A DNA stretch of 64,000 bases from Amoebophrya sp. A120 (taxonomy: Eukaryota > Protista > Dinoflagellata), in NCBI GenBank assembly GCA_905178155.1, contig CAJINV010000027.1:272656-336655 (forward strand), in the 5' to 3' direction. This document shows, piece after piece, positions 11,701 to 23,400 of the stretch. Each line of letters starts with the position of its first letter. Position 1 is the stretch's first letter. The translations under genes were made by a program, and so were the position numbers. Under the pieces are notes generated by a model. That model was given only the letters and a program-made list of their open reading frames with translations, made no database searches and was not told where the DNA came from.

Positions 11701-13711
11701 AATTTTCGCATAACATATCCAGACCCAGACATATTTGCAATGCAGGACTGGATTCGCACGACAATCGCCACCGACGTTGGTGCAGCACCAGACCTTTATG
11801 CATTACAAAAATGTCGAGCTAGTACAACTTGCATGAAAATATCTTTGGAAAGAAAATTGCAATCTGTGATGCAAATTTCGCTCGGGAAAGCAGATCTGTC
11901 ATGCATAGCTGCAATTTATACGGAGGCTCCGATACTCTTGTACGGCATAACCTTGCCACAGCAACCAAACGTCGGCTCGCAAGTTTTCGGCGGACAAAAC
12001 GTCCCAACACCGCAGCAGCAGTTCCTGATGCAGCTCCCGGCGGGTTCGCAACTGGCCCACCAGCATGTTCCGCAAACGTCCGCAAATTACCTTGGGCACG
12101 ACCCAACTGCCAGGCAGCAGCAGGTGCTGTTAAACTCGACACCGGCCGCCCAAAGTTCTGTGCAACAGAAAATGTCGGGGGGAACTACAGTGCTGATACC
12201 CAGTAGCGCGCAACAATTTGCTCCTATCGCAGGTAGCGGGCCGCAAGTTCCTCTGCAAGCCATCATGCAGACCACGCCACCGCTCCAGCAAGCACAGACG
12301 ATGGAGTCGCAGGCGATGCCGACGCAGCCGATGCAGCTGCGCGTACTACCCCAGACAGTGCCATCCATGGAATCGGTATCGACACGAAACGTGGTGCTGC
12401 AACGGCAGGTGCTAGTACCCGCACAGCCGCAACAGCAAACGCTGTTGCAGCAGCAGCCGGGCGACGCGACAACGATGGCGCAGCCGGCAGTGCGGGTCGG
12501 GCAGCACCTACAACCCGCGATGCCAACATTGCAGTACAGACCCGTCCTTTTACCGCAGCAGCTTGTGGCCTCCCAAATAATGCAACCACAAGCGTTGCAG
12601 CAGCGAGCCATCCTAGCCCCGCAGCAGATGGTACCATATTCTTCAGAAAAGTACACCCAACATGATACCAGGGAAAAAAAATGAGCCTAGTCATGCTTCC
12701 TTCTGTGTCACAAAAATATTCTGTAGCATGTTCATGACAAACCTAGTGGGCATCTTTTTCATGCTGGAGCACATCACATCATTCATCACGCATGACAGGA
12801 GCTTACCGCAGTTGTAGATCAGCAGCACAAATTTTTTCGTGCGAGAAAAAAAACAGCAACACAAATTGATTTTTCCCGGTTGTAGTGTGGGTGTAGTTTT
12901 CTGAAGGATGTACCTGTACGACCACAAATGGTCATGGCGCCGCAGCAAGTAGCGATCCAAAACCCGCAGCGGCAATCGTTTGTCCCGCCTGCAGGTCTAC
13001 CAATGAACTCGCAGCTGCAAAGCAGACCACCCATGGCACAGTACGGACAGGCAGCAGGAGGTGTACAAGCGAACCTCGGCGTTGCTGCAAGCCCGAGAGG
13101 AGTACTTCGCCCAGCCGCGGGAGAGGGAAACCAGATCAGCACGCCTCGGGAACCGGGCGGCCGGGGGGTATTTGAGTCGTTGCAATGTCTGCTTGTGATG
13201 CATATGATACTTTACTCACCGCATGAATGTCCTGTCCCGTTCCTGTATGTGCTTTCGTGCATGACAAAGAACTTCCAAATTTGCATACCATGCATGCTTC
13301 CGAATCATGCATTACAAAGTTAAAGTTATTGATTTTACAAATCAGCATTACAACTACATTCCAGGCAGCGACCAACCCCTTCGCTAAGTACGACGTGCGG
13401 CGTTTTTTGAATGGTATCCCGGGTAAAAGTGTCGCCAGCCCGTATCTGTCATGCAAATTTGCATGCCGAAAATGCAGTTCCTCATGCGCAGCTACATGAG
13501 CTGCAACTTCTAATTGTGTTTTGGAATTTGTCATGCCAGAATAAGCAGGAGAAGATCGGTTTGTGATGCGACTGAGCTAGCTAAATACGATTACGCTGCG
13601 AGCCCCACCTTGTCATGCGCAACAGCCAAAACTTGTTCATTTGTGTAGCAAATTCCCAATCCTGACTACGGGGTGGAGACGCTTTTACACAGGATGAACG
13701 GCACCCCATAG
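2720..13711 (+). CDS. Epsin-like protein (N-terminal ENTH domain, UBA-like segment, Q/P-rich tail with NPF), about 20 introns
   Basis: Joining exons after removing element+TSD gives MRGIGSSMTSMLRWRNSSATPLQAQLKEALNNNNWGCSNTILYDIANQSNYQLQPILEAINQALAERDGRRWRRVWKALNLIEIILKHGENPMFEESMKADQWRVIYFLDWRYQENQKDVTAGIRDKAKKIQQLLQDPDLLRKERADARQ, matching the ENTH consensus (WG.S, W+HV.KAL.L, +R+KA+.+..LL.D...LR.ER). Later exons include RLLRAADGNVEDACNKFF (UBA-like) and TNPF; stop TAG at 13709-13711. Junction at ~7843-8100 unresolved. Confidence 0.88.
2759..2967. mobile_element. Introner (tatccaagaaaaaa TIR)
   Basis: Right TIR ttttttcttggata; perfect TSD tgcgc; restores MLR|WRN. Confidence 0.9.
3049..3198. 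mobile_element. Short introner
   Basis: tattgtgaggaaaa / ttttccttgtgata; TSD tagca/tggca; restores ENTH WGCS|NTIL. Confidence 0.8.
3242..4836. mobile_element. Introner family B carrying a 1.2-kb satellite
   Basis: tatccagcgtaaaaa / tttttacgcaggata; TSD actat/accac. Confidence 0.8.
3551..4790. repeat. Composite tandem repeat (~110-bp units, then about four ~192-bp units)
   Basis: aaggcgaaacgctcac(c/t)cggtgagcgtttcgcc hairpin recurs at ~4015, 4208, 4401 and 4593. Confidence 0.9.
5165..5454. mobile_element. Introner (C-like, degenerate)
   Basis: TSD gaact/aaact; restores KALN|LIEIIL. Confidence 0.75.
5525..5806. mobile_element. Introner family B
   Basis: tatcctgtgtaaaaacgcccc / ggggacgtttctacgcaggata; perfect TSD accag. 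Confidence 0.92.
5843..6413. mobile_element. Introner (C-like) hosting a nested introner
   Basis: Perfect TSD gcgct; restores DWR|YQENQ. Confidence 0.8.
5869..6120. mobile_element. Nested introner family A
   Basis: Perfect 29-bp TIR tatcaaatgtaaaaatgtctgggtctgga; perfect TSD tctcc. Confidence 0.93.
6474..6670. mobile_element. Introner (B-like, shortened)
   Basis: tatcc / ggata ends; perfect TSD aagat. Confidence 0.85.
6753..6995. mobile_element. Introner family A
   Basis: Degenerate A-type TIR; perfect TSD gcagc. Confidence 0.88.
7069..7277. mobile_element. Introner (tatcgcaagaaaaaactgtttcactgtga TIR)
   Basis: Right TIR tcacagtgaaacagttttttcgtacgata; perfect TSD ggcca. Confidence 0.9.
8625..8860. 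mobile_element. Introner family A
   Basis: Degenerate TIR; TSD gccaa/ggcag. Confidence 0.8.
8905..9170. mobile_element. Introner family A
   Basis: A-type TIR; perfect TSD cggca. Confidence 0.92.
9263..11033. mobile_element. Introner family A carrying a 1.5-kb GC-rich insert
   Basis: A-type TIRs; perfect TSD actgg; restores AQTG|TYSG. Confidence 0.9.
9648..10535. repeat. GC-rich tandem repeat (variable unit up to ~120 bp)
   Basis: cctgtttctgcgcccctgggcggggcgcccccccaaaggactaccc repeated about 9 times. Confidence 0.92.
11165..11374. mobile_element. Introner with TSD caggt (GT-AG compatible)
   Basis: tatcaaaatgaaaa / ttttattctgata; perfect TSD caggt. Confidence 0.88.
11482..11746. mobile_element. 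Introner family A
   Basis: A-type TIRs; perfect TSD actgg. Confidence 0.87.
11797..11949. mobile_element. Short degenerate introner
   Basis: tatgc / gcata ends; perfect TSD acctt. Confidence 0.8.
12637..12910. mobile_element. Introner (tattcttcagaaaagtacaccc TIR)
   Basis: Right TIR gggtgtagttttctgaaggatg; TSD tacca/tacct. Confidence 0.85.
13415..13696. mobile_element. Introner family B
   Basis: B-type TIRs; TSD aatgg/aacgg; lies before the last 3 codons of the epsin-like gene. Confidence 0.85.
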
Positions 13712-14403
13712 TCAAGGAGGTGCACAGGACCGTGTTTTTTTCAAGTACATCACAGCAGCTTTGCGGAAAGCCAAGTTCTTTCCCGTTTGGCCTGCGAGTG
13801 CATCAGGGACTCGTTGTTTTCACCAGTCTTTACCGTTTCGAAAAATTTAGACAGGAATCTTCGAAAAAAATCAAGCAATATAATTCCAATGTTATGACAA
13901 TGAAGGAGGTACAACTTGGGCAAAAAAATTATCATCTGCAAAAAGATACAGTAGTTGCTCTATGCTACACATGTGGTTACAACATGGCAGGGGATTTTGA
14001 TGTCAGAAGCAGGTAGTTTATTTGCTGTACAATTCGTGACCCGAAAGAAGTCACGTCTGTCCTGCTAGCGTTTTCGTGCCTTTACAAATTCGGCTTCATC
14101 TCAAGAACGACCAGCGGAAATAAAAATCCAGCGGGAGAACGCGCGCCCTGAATCATGTCTCCCGCGAGGACACATATTTTTCTAGATTTCAAAAGGTACG
14201 GCAGATATCTTGTGCTTACCATGTTCTTCTTGCTTTCCCCTCGGAATGCTGGTATCCGACGTTGAAAAAAAGCTTTCTCTTCCTTCAAAACGTTCCTTTT
14301 TCGCGTTACCACCTTGTTTTTGTGGGCAATAGTGTAAATCGTTTTGGTTTTTATGATCAGAAAACCACTGTACAAGATGGCTCCCTTTTCGCACGGCCTG
14401 CGC

Positions 14404-17400
14404 ATGGCGCGTACATTTCTAATGCGGCTTTGCTGCTTATGCAAATTCGCCATCGCCGATTTTGACTTCGAAAGCCTGTTTGGCAACGTGGGACTTGAAT
14501 CGTGGGATAAATATGCAGCCAGCGACGCGAATGGCGACGACGCGAATGATCTCGCGGAAAAGTTGGAAGAATTCTCCAATGGTAGCTACGAGTACGAGAC
14601 CGTGAGATTAAGCTGGGACGGCATTTTGTTAGTCGACTGGAAAACACTCGCACACACAAGAAACGCACGCCGGCCCCACTTGCCTCGCTCGTTCTAGTGG
14701 TTCAATTTTCCCAATTCGAGCAAGCAAGCGACGCAGGGTCGCGTGCTCCGTTCGCATTCTGTTTTGAGATGCACGAAGAAGAATCAGCGCACTCTGCCCA
14801 TGAGTTCCACGAACGGCGCGCGGCGTGGCGTGGGCTCGTGAAATTTCTGGGACGAATCTCAGCCACAGTGATGGCGGCAATATTAGTTCTCAGCCCCAGG
14901 AGGCTCAGTCGTGTGGGCCATATCCAAAAAGGGTCGCTCGAAACCTAATTTAGCTTCTGCCGCTCGGGCTTGCAGAAGGAAATAGGATAAGCGACAGCAG
15001 CGCCCTGCGGTTTTGCACCTAGTAAAATGCCGGGAAACTGGCGGGGCCTTTTCTGTAAGATCTAAGACACGGCGGACCGTTTTGTCGGTCTTGCACTTTA
15101 AAACAGGCCACGTTGGCTTTCAGCCCCATCGCCTCCGCTATCCCGGTAACCCTAGCGAGGCCGCACTGACTTGGGAGAACACCACCGGGGGAATAGAATA
15201 AGAAAATAGCTATCGGCCAACATTCCGGTCCGCTGGGTTTTTCGTCGGGTTGTGGTATTTCAGGGGGGGAAAATCAGGCGCCGACTGGGGCTGTCGTGTT
15301 GCGTGTGTGCGAAGTCGCTTTCCATAGCCGCCAGATGCCGGGCGACGTACCGAATAGGGAACAGTTAGGCGACTACGACTTTGACGGCGACGGGGCTTTT
15401 GGGCTCTCAGAGATGAAGATCATGCACGACCTGAAGCTCGGCGACGCCAACGGAGTTGGTGAAGGCGTGGCGAAGCTCCTGTGCCCCAGCGATTGTGACG
15501 TGTCGAAGTACGACCTGGACGAGAACAACCACTATTCGCACACTGAGCTGAAGTTTCTTGCGAGGTCAATAAAAGACCAGGGCGGTGAGCTCCCAGACTG
15601 GAAGGGGTTTGTTGGACTTTGAACACACCTGCCACACTGAGTGCCTGAAGCTTCTAGCTGGCGAGATGCCTCGCAATCCCCCAGCGCTTTAACCCCTCAG
15701 CAGACAGGGCGAAAGCCTCGGGCTGCGTTGCATCCATCCCGTGGCGCCTCAGCGTTCAAGGCGCACCACCGCCATCATGCCATCAAGCTGGGCTCTGGAG
15801 GTACCTCAGACCCGCCATTCAGGTCTCGAGCCATTTCCGACCTCCCTCCACGTCGTCGCTGATGGATTTGATTCGGGACCGAGGTCCTGGGTAGAGGTTT
15901 TACTCAGGGCGGCGGCTCTGGATAAAGTACCTGCTCAGGATCTGTATACCCTGAAAGCAAGGACCCAGAGTGGGGCAGCCCACTCCGCGACGGCTACAGA
16001 TGGGAAGGTAGACCCAGATGACCGCCTGCCCATTCTGGGAAAGGTTTTTATTCAGGGCGGCGGTCCTGGATAAAGTTTGCACCCAGGGCGGCAGTCCTGC
16101 GGCTCAGGTCGCGAACAGGATCTGAACCCGTCTTCAATTCATCTGTCATTATTTGCATTTGTGGAACAGAGGACGGCTCGGGACCTCATAGAAGCTTCAG
16201 GCCTGCGTGGGGGGAGGGTTTCGATCGCATGACCGAAAAACTTTGACAAAGACGCGGCCAAGGTTGTGTATCCCGACCAGCTAACCAAAATCGACAGCGG
16301 CAAAGACTTTATAGACATCTTCGACACCGATACCGACGGCTGGTATTCCTTCCACGAGTTGAAGGCGATGCAACAATTTCCTAAGCACGGTCCGCAGCAC
16401 CTGAAAGAGTACTACGACATGGACGGCGACGGGGAACTTAGTCACTACGAAGTCAGGCTCGCAATGAGCAGGGCCGCGCATGTAACGGTCGGCGCCATCT
16501 ACAACGAGCAGGGCGGCGACGTTCATGCGGAACAACGTTCCGACTTGGAGCTGTTTACGAAGATTTCATCCTCGGGTGAAGACCACAAACTCGAACCAGA
16601 AGAGGCACGACTGGCGCTTTGGCACGAAGGTGAGAAATATGATCGGGCCGAGTACAACCATGAGCAGAACGAGCAGCTCGCTGAGCACGTAAAAGCGGGA
16701 GGACACAACTTAGCCTACCACGACATCATGAGTGACACGAATCACGGCCACCACAACCTCGCCCATGCAAAGTGGCAAAAAGTACACGACGTACTGCAAA
16801 TAAACGGCTACCTGTCGGAGAAGGCGTTCGAGCTGCGGGACCTGGATGGCGACAAGAAGATTAGCAGCAACGAGCTCAATATGATCGTGAGAAAAAACTG
16901 TCTCAGTCTCAACTTGTAATGCGCAACTTGTTCCTTCAGACAGTTTTTTGTCGTGCTCGACATGCAATCAAAGGAAACTCCGTACGTGTTTTCTCTTGCA
17001 TGTAAACAGTCACAGATTTTGCGTGTGATGCTAAGGAAATTTGTGTATCTGAAACTGCAAAGGTCTGAGACAGAGAACGTGTTTTCGTACGATACCCAAA
17101 GTCGCCGGCTTGCTGGGAAACGATCTACAAACGAAAGGCAAGATAGCCGTCGACAAAGCAAAGGTTTTGCTCCAGAGCATGAGCGCGACGAGCGACAACC
17201 CTTTGAAGCAGTGTACGGACGAAACAGGGTTCTGCGACTTCAACGGCGACGGATCTTTGACGGCTGAAGAAATCAAGCTTGCGAAACTCTGGGACGACAG
17301 TCCGCCCACTGCAAAAGTGAGTACGATTCTGGGAGATATCTTCCCCGACGCCACGGATTCGGAGATCAAAGGAGCTGACTTTGACGGTGACGGTGTATGG

Positions 17401-20400
17401 AATGTAAACAGGTCTGGGTCTGGAAAGGAGCTGTGATGCTGAATGGTCAGGATTGAGTCCGCCTTTAAATGCAGTGAAGCATGACAAATTATTTATAGAA
17501 CGCTTTCTCATGCGTGGTGCGCATTACAAACTGCGACAGTGTTGCATCCGTGAGGTACTTCTGTTGCTTATGCAATACCAATTTTTCTGGAATGCGGGAC
17601 ACGCAATACCAGATTTTGCACATTTCCAGACCCAGACGTATTTGCAGCGCATACGGTATCCTGTTGAACAACGTACCCCCTCTACACTTGCCACACAGAT
17701 TTGCTTGTCCCGCACAATTCTCATGCCGCTACCCACGGAAGCCGTTTTCCCCATGGGAGCCGTTTTCTGGTGGTGTTTGGAAATTTGTCTTGCGTTGTGA
17801 TCAGGATCAGAACGTCGGATTGTGATGCGGATGAACTAACTAGACACGACAGTCTTGCATGGCCAAGCTCGTCATACGTGAGCGCCAAAACCTGTCGATG
17901 TTTGTGATGTCCAGCCGATTTACAATCTTAACAAGGGGGGCCCGGACGTGTGTTTTCACAGGATGAACGGGCACCTGTCACAGAAAGAAATCGCGCTCCT
18001 GACTTTTGTATCAAAAAGACAAGCGCCCCACCACAGGATGTGGAACACATATATACACCCGACCTATAGACCATAACATAGTAGCCTGCGTCACAAATCG
18101 TTTTTTTCCACCCGTTATTCTGTCTTTTTCCTTTTCTCAATGTAATTCATTTTTTGTACGTTCTCTGTGCTGTATAGTTGTCTTGTCTCCAGAACACATA
18201 CTCCGGGGTGTGGGAACGCCCAGGGACACTTCGCCGGGGAACATTTCCCACATTGTATGCATCAGCATGACAAATTTTTAGCCCAGAGCAGCGACACTCT
18301 ACGTTGCACGATATCTGTCATGTCCTGGCGCGTTAGAGTCTGAACGAAAATGCGTCGCGTTCCCTCGATGCTACACAAAATCAATACAAACTGGCCGGTC
18401 GTCTGGTGGTGGGGCACTCTTTTCATTTTCATACTTTGAGCAGCAAGACCCTGACGATTTTGACCCGGACTCAGCAGCCAATAAGAAGTATCTTGACTAA
18501 AAATGTCCCAACCGCAGAGTTGCCATGCGGATTCTCAGTTGCAGGAAGATTTGTAATGCGCATCCCCACGTTGGGAATTCTTTGGCGTGATTTTTGATGT
18601 TGTAATAACACGATAGGCCGACGGCTCTGCGATCCACGGCTGTGCTTGCTAGCTTGCACTACACTACAGAGGAAAAATTGTCATGCGTAACTCCCAAAAC
18701 TTGATGGGTTGCGTAAACCACGTACCCATCTTGACTCTCGGGTGAGGACGTTTTTAGACGGGATAAAGAGTTGCTCCCAGCTATCCTCGGTAGCGATCAT
18801 CGCTTGGACTCTTACAAAATGCTGGATGGCGATGACAAGAAGCTCAGTCTGGAGGAGCTGCGGCTCGCTGTAAAACATCCGGAGACGAAGGATCTGCTGA
18901 CGGCGCAGGATCTTCACACGGTTGCCGACGCGATGTTTCCATCCGTTATCAAACTGAAAAGTGCCGGCCCCCAGAAAATACCGCGCGACGATTTTGTCTT
19001 GTGACGTTTCTCCATGAGGCTTTTTCGTCTTGCACAGAGATAATGCGAGTCGGCATACCATGACAGACGATAGTGCCTGTACTCTGCCTCTGTGCAAGGC
19101 AGAAGAACTTCGCTATTCTGGGTTGAAAACTAGAGTTGCTGCTACACAGATGGGTGTAAATATGTTTCTACAGAGTGAAGAACAGTGTTTGTATTGCAAA
19201 AGAACCAGAAGTTGCGCAATACAAACACTTTCCCGGTCTGTGGCGGGTGGAGCAATTTTCAGTTTGATAATAAGGTCCGATAACGCACACATGCTCGACT
19301 TTAATGGAGACGGAAAACTCGAGAACAGTGAATTGCTATCCAAAAAGAACATAAAAAGTGCATTGTTGGTGTACCTCTGTCTTGCAGAATCTATGCATCT
19401 TACGGCCAGGCTACTTGCAGATAAGTAAATGGCTGCACGTACCAGAGATGCATGGTAATTTTTTTGTATACATGCAGCTCTAATTTGTCGTGGTGCCGTC
19501 CCAAAAAGGTGTGCCCAAATGTGGAGGTTCTTTTCTTGGATAATTACTGGCGGCTGGGCAATTGGGGGCGCTGGTGAACACCAACGGTAAAGCGGTTATC
19601 CAAGGAAAAAAGGGTTACAGTATACACATTTGTCGGAGTTTCTGCATGACAAAGAAAACCTGTGATGCGCAGACTATAAGGGAAAACACGATTGAAATGA
19701 GGCTGGCAAGCGTTTTCTGCATGACAAATGTTACCTGTCTTGCTTGTTTCGCAACACAGTGCGTAACTGTAACACTTTTTTCTTCGCATACCGGTAGACC
19801 TCGAGTTATTGCAGGACCAGCTGGACGCGCTTCCGTCGGGTTTGCGGTATTGCAAGGAAAACGCCCACCTCCCCATTTTGAAAACGTATCTTCTGAAAAT
19901 TTGTGATGCGGATTTCGACCACAAACCCTGTCTGTCTTGCGAGAAGGCAAATCCAGGCTCTCTGCTACGCTATGCAGGCGATTTGTAATGCTGTAAGGAC
20001 TACAGGACAGCCGTCTACCATGCTAGGCGCCTACACCAAAGGGCCCCTATCTCGGCTGGCGATCTGCGTGCAGTCCTCTACTGCAAGACAAATCTGATTC
20101 GTGTACGCAAATCCAGCATCACAGATTTCCTTTTCGATATAGGGAGGGGGGATTTTTCCTTTTGATTTGCGGCAAACTGCGCTGACGGGAATATCCTGCG
20201 ACGGCGACCAAAACTTCGACCTGTGGGAGCTCGAGCTTTACGTAAAGGCGGGCGGATTGACGACGGAAAAGGTGCACGATTCGGCAATCCGTGGCATCTT
20301 GGATCAGGCCAGCGCTACAACCATCTCCAAAGAAGAGTTCGACAAAATCAACTTTGTAACCACGGGCCCGAAAGAAATCACCGCAGAGCTTCCGATGGAG

Positions 20401-23400
20401 TGGCCCGACTTTATCGTGAAGAAAAATCTCCCCCGCTTTATTGCTCTGAAAGGAAATTATCTCTCATGCTGGAATTCTGTACGCAGGTCAGTATTGCATT
20501 GCTAGAAGGCAAGAAGGAGATTCACCCTTGGCCGTTTTGGCAGGCAATTTGTAATGCTATTCCGGGCAATGTAGTGCCCGCCTGCCAAGCGGAATACGCA
20601 ACGCGTTTCCGTGCCAGACAGCAATACAGTTCGAACCTCCCCTCATCTCCCAGCACCACGGCAACTTGGTTTATTGCGATCACAAATCGTGCTTTCTACG
20701 AATTTCGTTTCAGTGTGGGCTGGGGACGACAGGTTTTTTCGCTTCGACACACTTCCTATCAACTGTAAAAATGTCTGGGTCTGGAAGATTCTGACACTTG
20801 TCATGCACGTTTTGCACTAGCCATGATGTCTGTAATGCATACCCTAGCAATACAGATTTTTTGAGGGCTTCTTGATGCGTATTCCGCATGACAAATGCCT
20901 TCTCAGCGTAGCAAAAATTGCATTCCCTTTTCTACTCATGCAATACAGATTTTTTTGGAGGCCAAACGCAGCATCACAAGTTCTATTCTTTCCAGACCCA
21001 GACATTTTTGCATTTGATACTTCCTGCGGAAACTCGACTCGGGGACGGGAAACGATGATATCAAATGCAAATATGTCTGGGTCTGGAAGATTACAGACTT
21101 GGCATGCGCATTTTGCATGATCCATGATGTCTGTGACGCATGCCGTAGGATCGCAGATTCTGTGAGGGCTTATTGATACCTATACCGCATGAGAAATGCC
21201 CTTCCGCATGGCAAAAACGGAACTCCTCTTGCTCCCCACACTAAGCAGATTTTTGTAGAATCCAAAGGCAGCAGCATCACAAGTTGCAACCTTCCAGACC
21301 CAGACATATTTGCACTCGATAGATGACGGCAAGGTGCAACTGTCGGAGCTCCAAGACTACCTGGTGGACTTGAACGGCGTTCCCCAGCCTGGCATGTCGC
21401 TGGGCTCCGTAGCAAACGCGATCCCGTATACGCCGGCTTCGCCTCTGGCTTTAGTTGGCCTGGCGGCGGGCGGCGGGGCTGCTTTCAGCAGAGTATTTTC
21501 AAGTAAACCGAGCCGGAAGCCGATCCCACTCTCGCCGAAAGCGCGGAGGGAGCGCGCGGCGCAACAAGCGGAGGCCGAGGCCACAGAAAGCGACGATGTT
21601 GGCAATGATGCTGGTACAACTCCAGCAGGAGACGCCCTCCAGTACCGATACGGCCATCTGCCGCCACCAACAGTAGTCGGACCAGCGCCCGCACCCTGGG
21701 TACCGCCGAGACCCGTGCCCTACGTCAAGCCCCCCGTGCCGGTGAAACAGACCCCCGCTCCGTCCCCCGAGAACCATCGAAAAGGCGGTCGCAGCCGGTC
21801 GATATTCAATATCCTGGGTAAAAACGTTCCCACCTTAGGGTCAAGAGGGGGATTTGGCTACACAAACCAACGAGCCTTGTGTGTTGCGCATGACAAGTTC
21901 CGGCCCGTGGTGCACCACCCGTGTTTAGCTAGTGCAGCTGCATGAGAAATGCATCAGCTCAAGCTCCTTCTACTGTGACAAAGGCTAACCCCAAAAAACC
22001 CCTACAACATGCCTGTCATGCCGCTCCACATGAGACACGTTACCGTTGCAGTTGTACAGATTTGCATTCTACCTTCCCTGCGTGACAGCCATCTGCGGCC
22101 GTTTGCAAAGGGGGAGGCAAAGTGTGCCGCACTTCTGTTTAGCATGACAACTCTAGGGTGGGGACGTTTTTACTCACGATATATAAGGAAGGGACGGACA
22201 TCCACACTGGAAATAGGTTGATAGCCTGCTCAGATGTTACAGTAACAGTCTTCAATGCTACAATAAAGTCTTAGTTTTGTCCTGCATGATCACCAGCATG
22301 AGTACTAACATGCAGAGACTTGCGCTTTTCGCAATACAAATTTCGTCGAATGCTGCTTCGGTTCGGCGTTCCAGACGTTGTCATGCGCCTTTCTGTGATG
22401 GCGGACCAGAGCACGCAGTTTTTGCATCACAAATTGCAGGGAATTGTATGGATGTACTTTTCTCGTGGGTAGCGAACAACTCAGCACAGACGGCACAGAA
22501 GCAGAAGAGACGATCAGCCACGAGAGAGACGCTCGCGGGCAGCGAGCAACTCAGCACCGGAGAAGAAGAGACGGCGCAGACGTAGCGGGAATACCAAGTT
22601 TAGCTTCCTCGAGGACGGAGCCGTGGAACCAGCCCGGGTATTCCAGGAACCCACCCTCGCGTCCCGTGCGCCGTTCGGCGAAGAGGCACGGCATGGGGAC
22701 CACGGCACGGAACACGCCGTTTCCACCGCTGGCAACGAACCTAGGGAGGGCGCCGACGCGAACGGGCTCAACGTCTATCCAGTGCAAATTTTAGTGGATC
22801 TGGAAAAATGGTACGTGGATTGCTTGTCTTGTATTCCCGTATTAAATCTGTGTTGCATGATGACTAAGAAAAGCGCCGCGGCCGTTTGTGTCATATGAAA
22901 ATACAGTTTGTAATGCGCACTATGCATGAAAAAACACTTGAAATATTCGTCATGCCTGGCTTCACTAGGAAGGCTATTCAATTATGCCCACGCAGAATCA
23001 CCAGTTTCCAGACCCAGACATATTTGCAAGGCATACCGCCGCAGACGAGCAGACGGAGGACGGCAGTACGGTGGAAGGAAGTACGGCGGATGGGAGTACG
23101 GTGGAACCGGACGGGCCCAACGATGGCGCAGACGAGCAGCCGGTGGAGGGAGGTACGGTGGAGCCGGACGGGCGTAATGACGGCGCAGACGAGCAGCCGG
23201 TGGAGGGAGGTACGGTGGAACCGGACGGGCGTAATGACGGCGCAGACGAGCAGCCGGTGGAGGGCGGTACGGTGGAACCGGACGGACGCATCGACAGCGC
23301 TGGCGAGCAGACGGTGGAAGGAAGTACGGTGGAACCGGACGACGGCCCAAGCGAGCAGACGGTGGAAGGAAGTACGTTGGAGCCGGACGGGCCCCGCGAC

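Noticed and set aside
9258-11751. Target-sequence specificity (TSD actgg used twice)
   Set aside because: The other TSDs are diverse; two matches are not enough.
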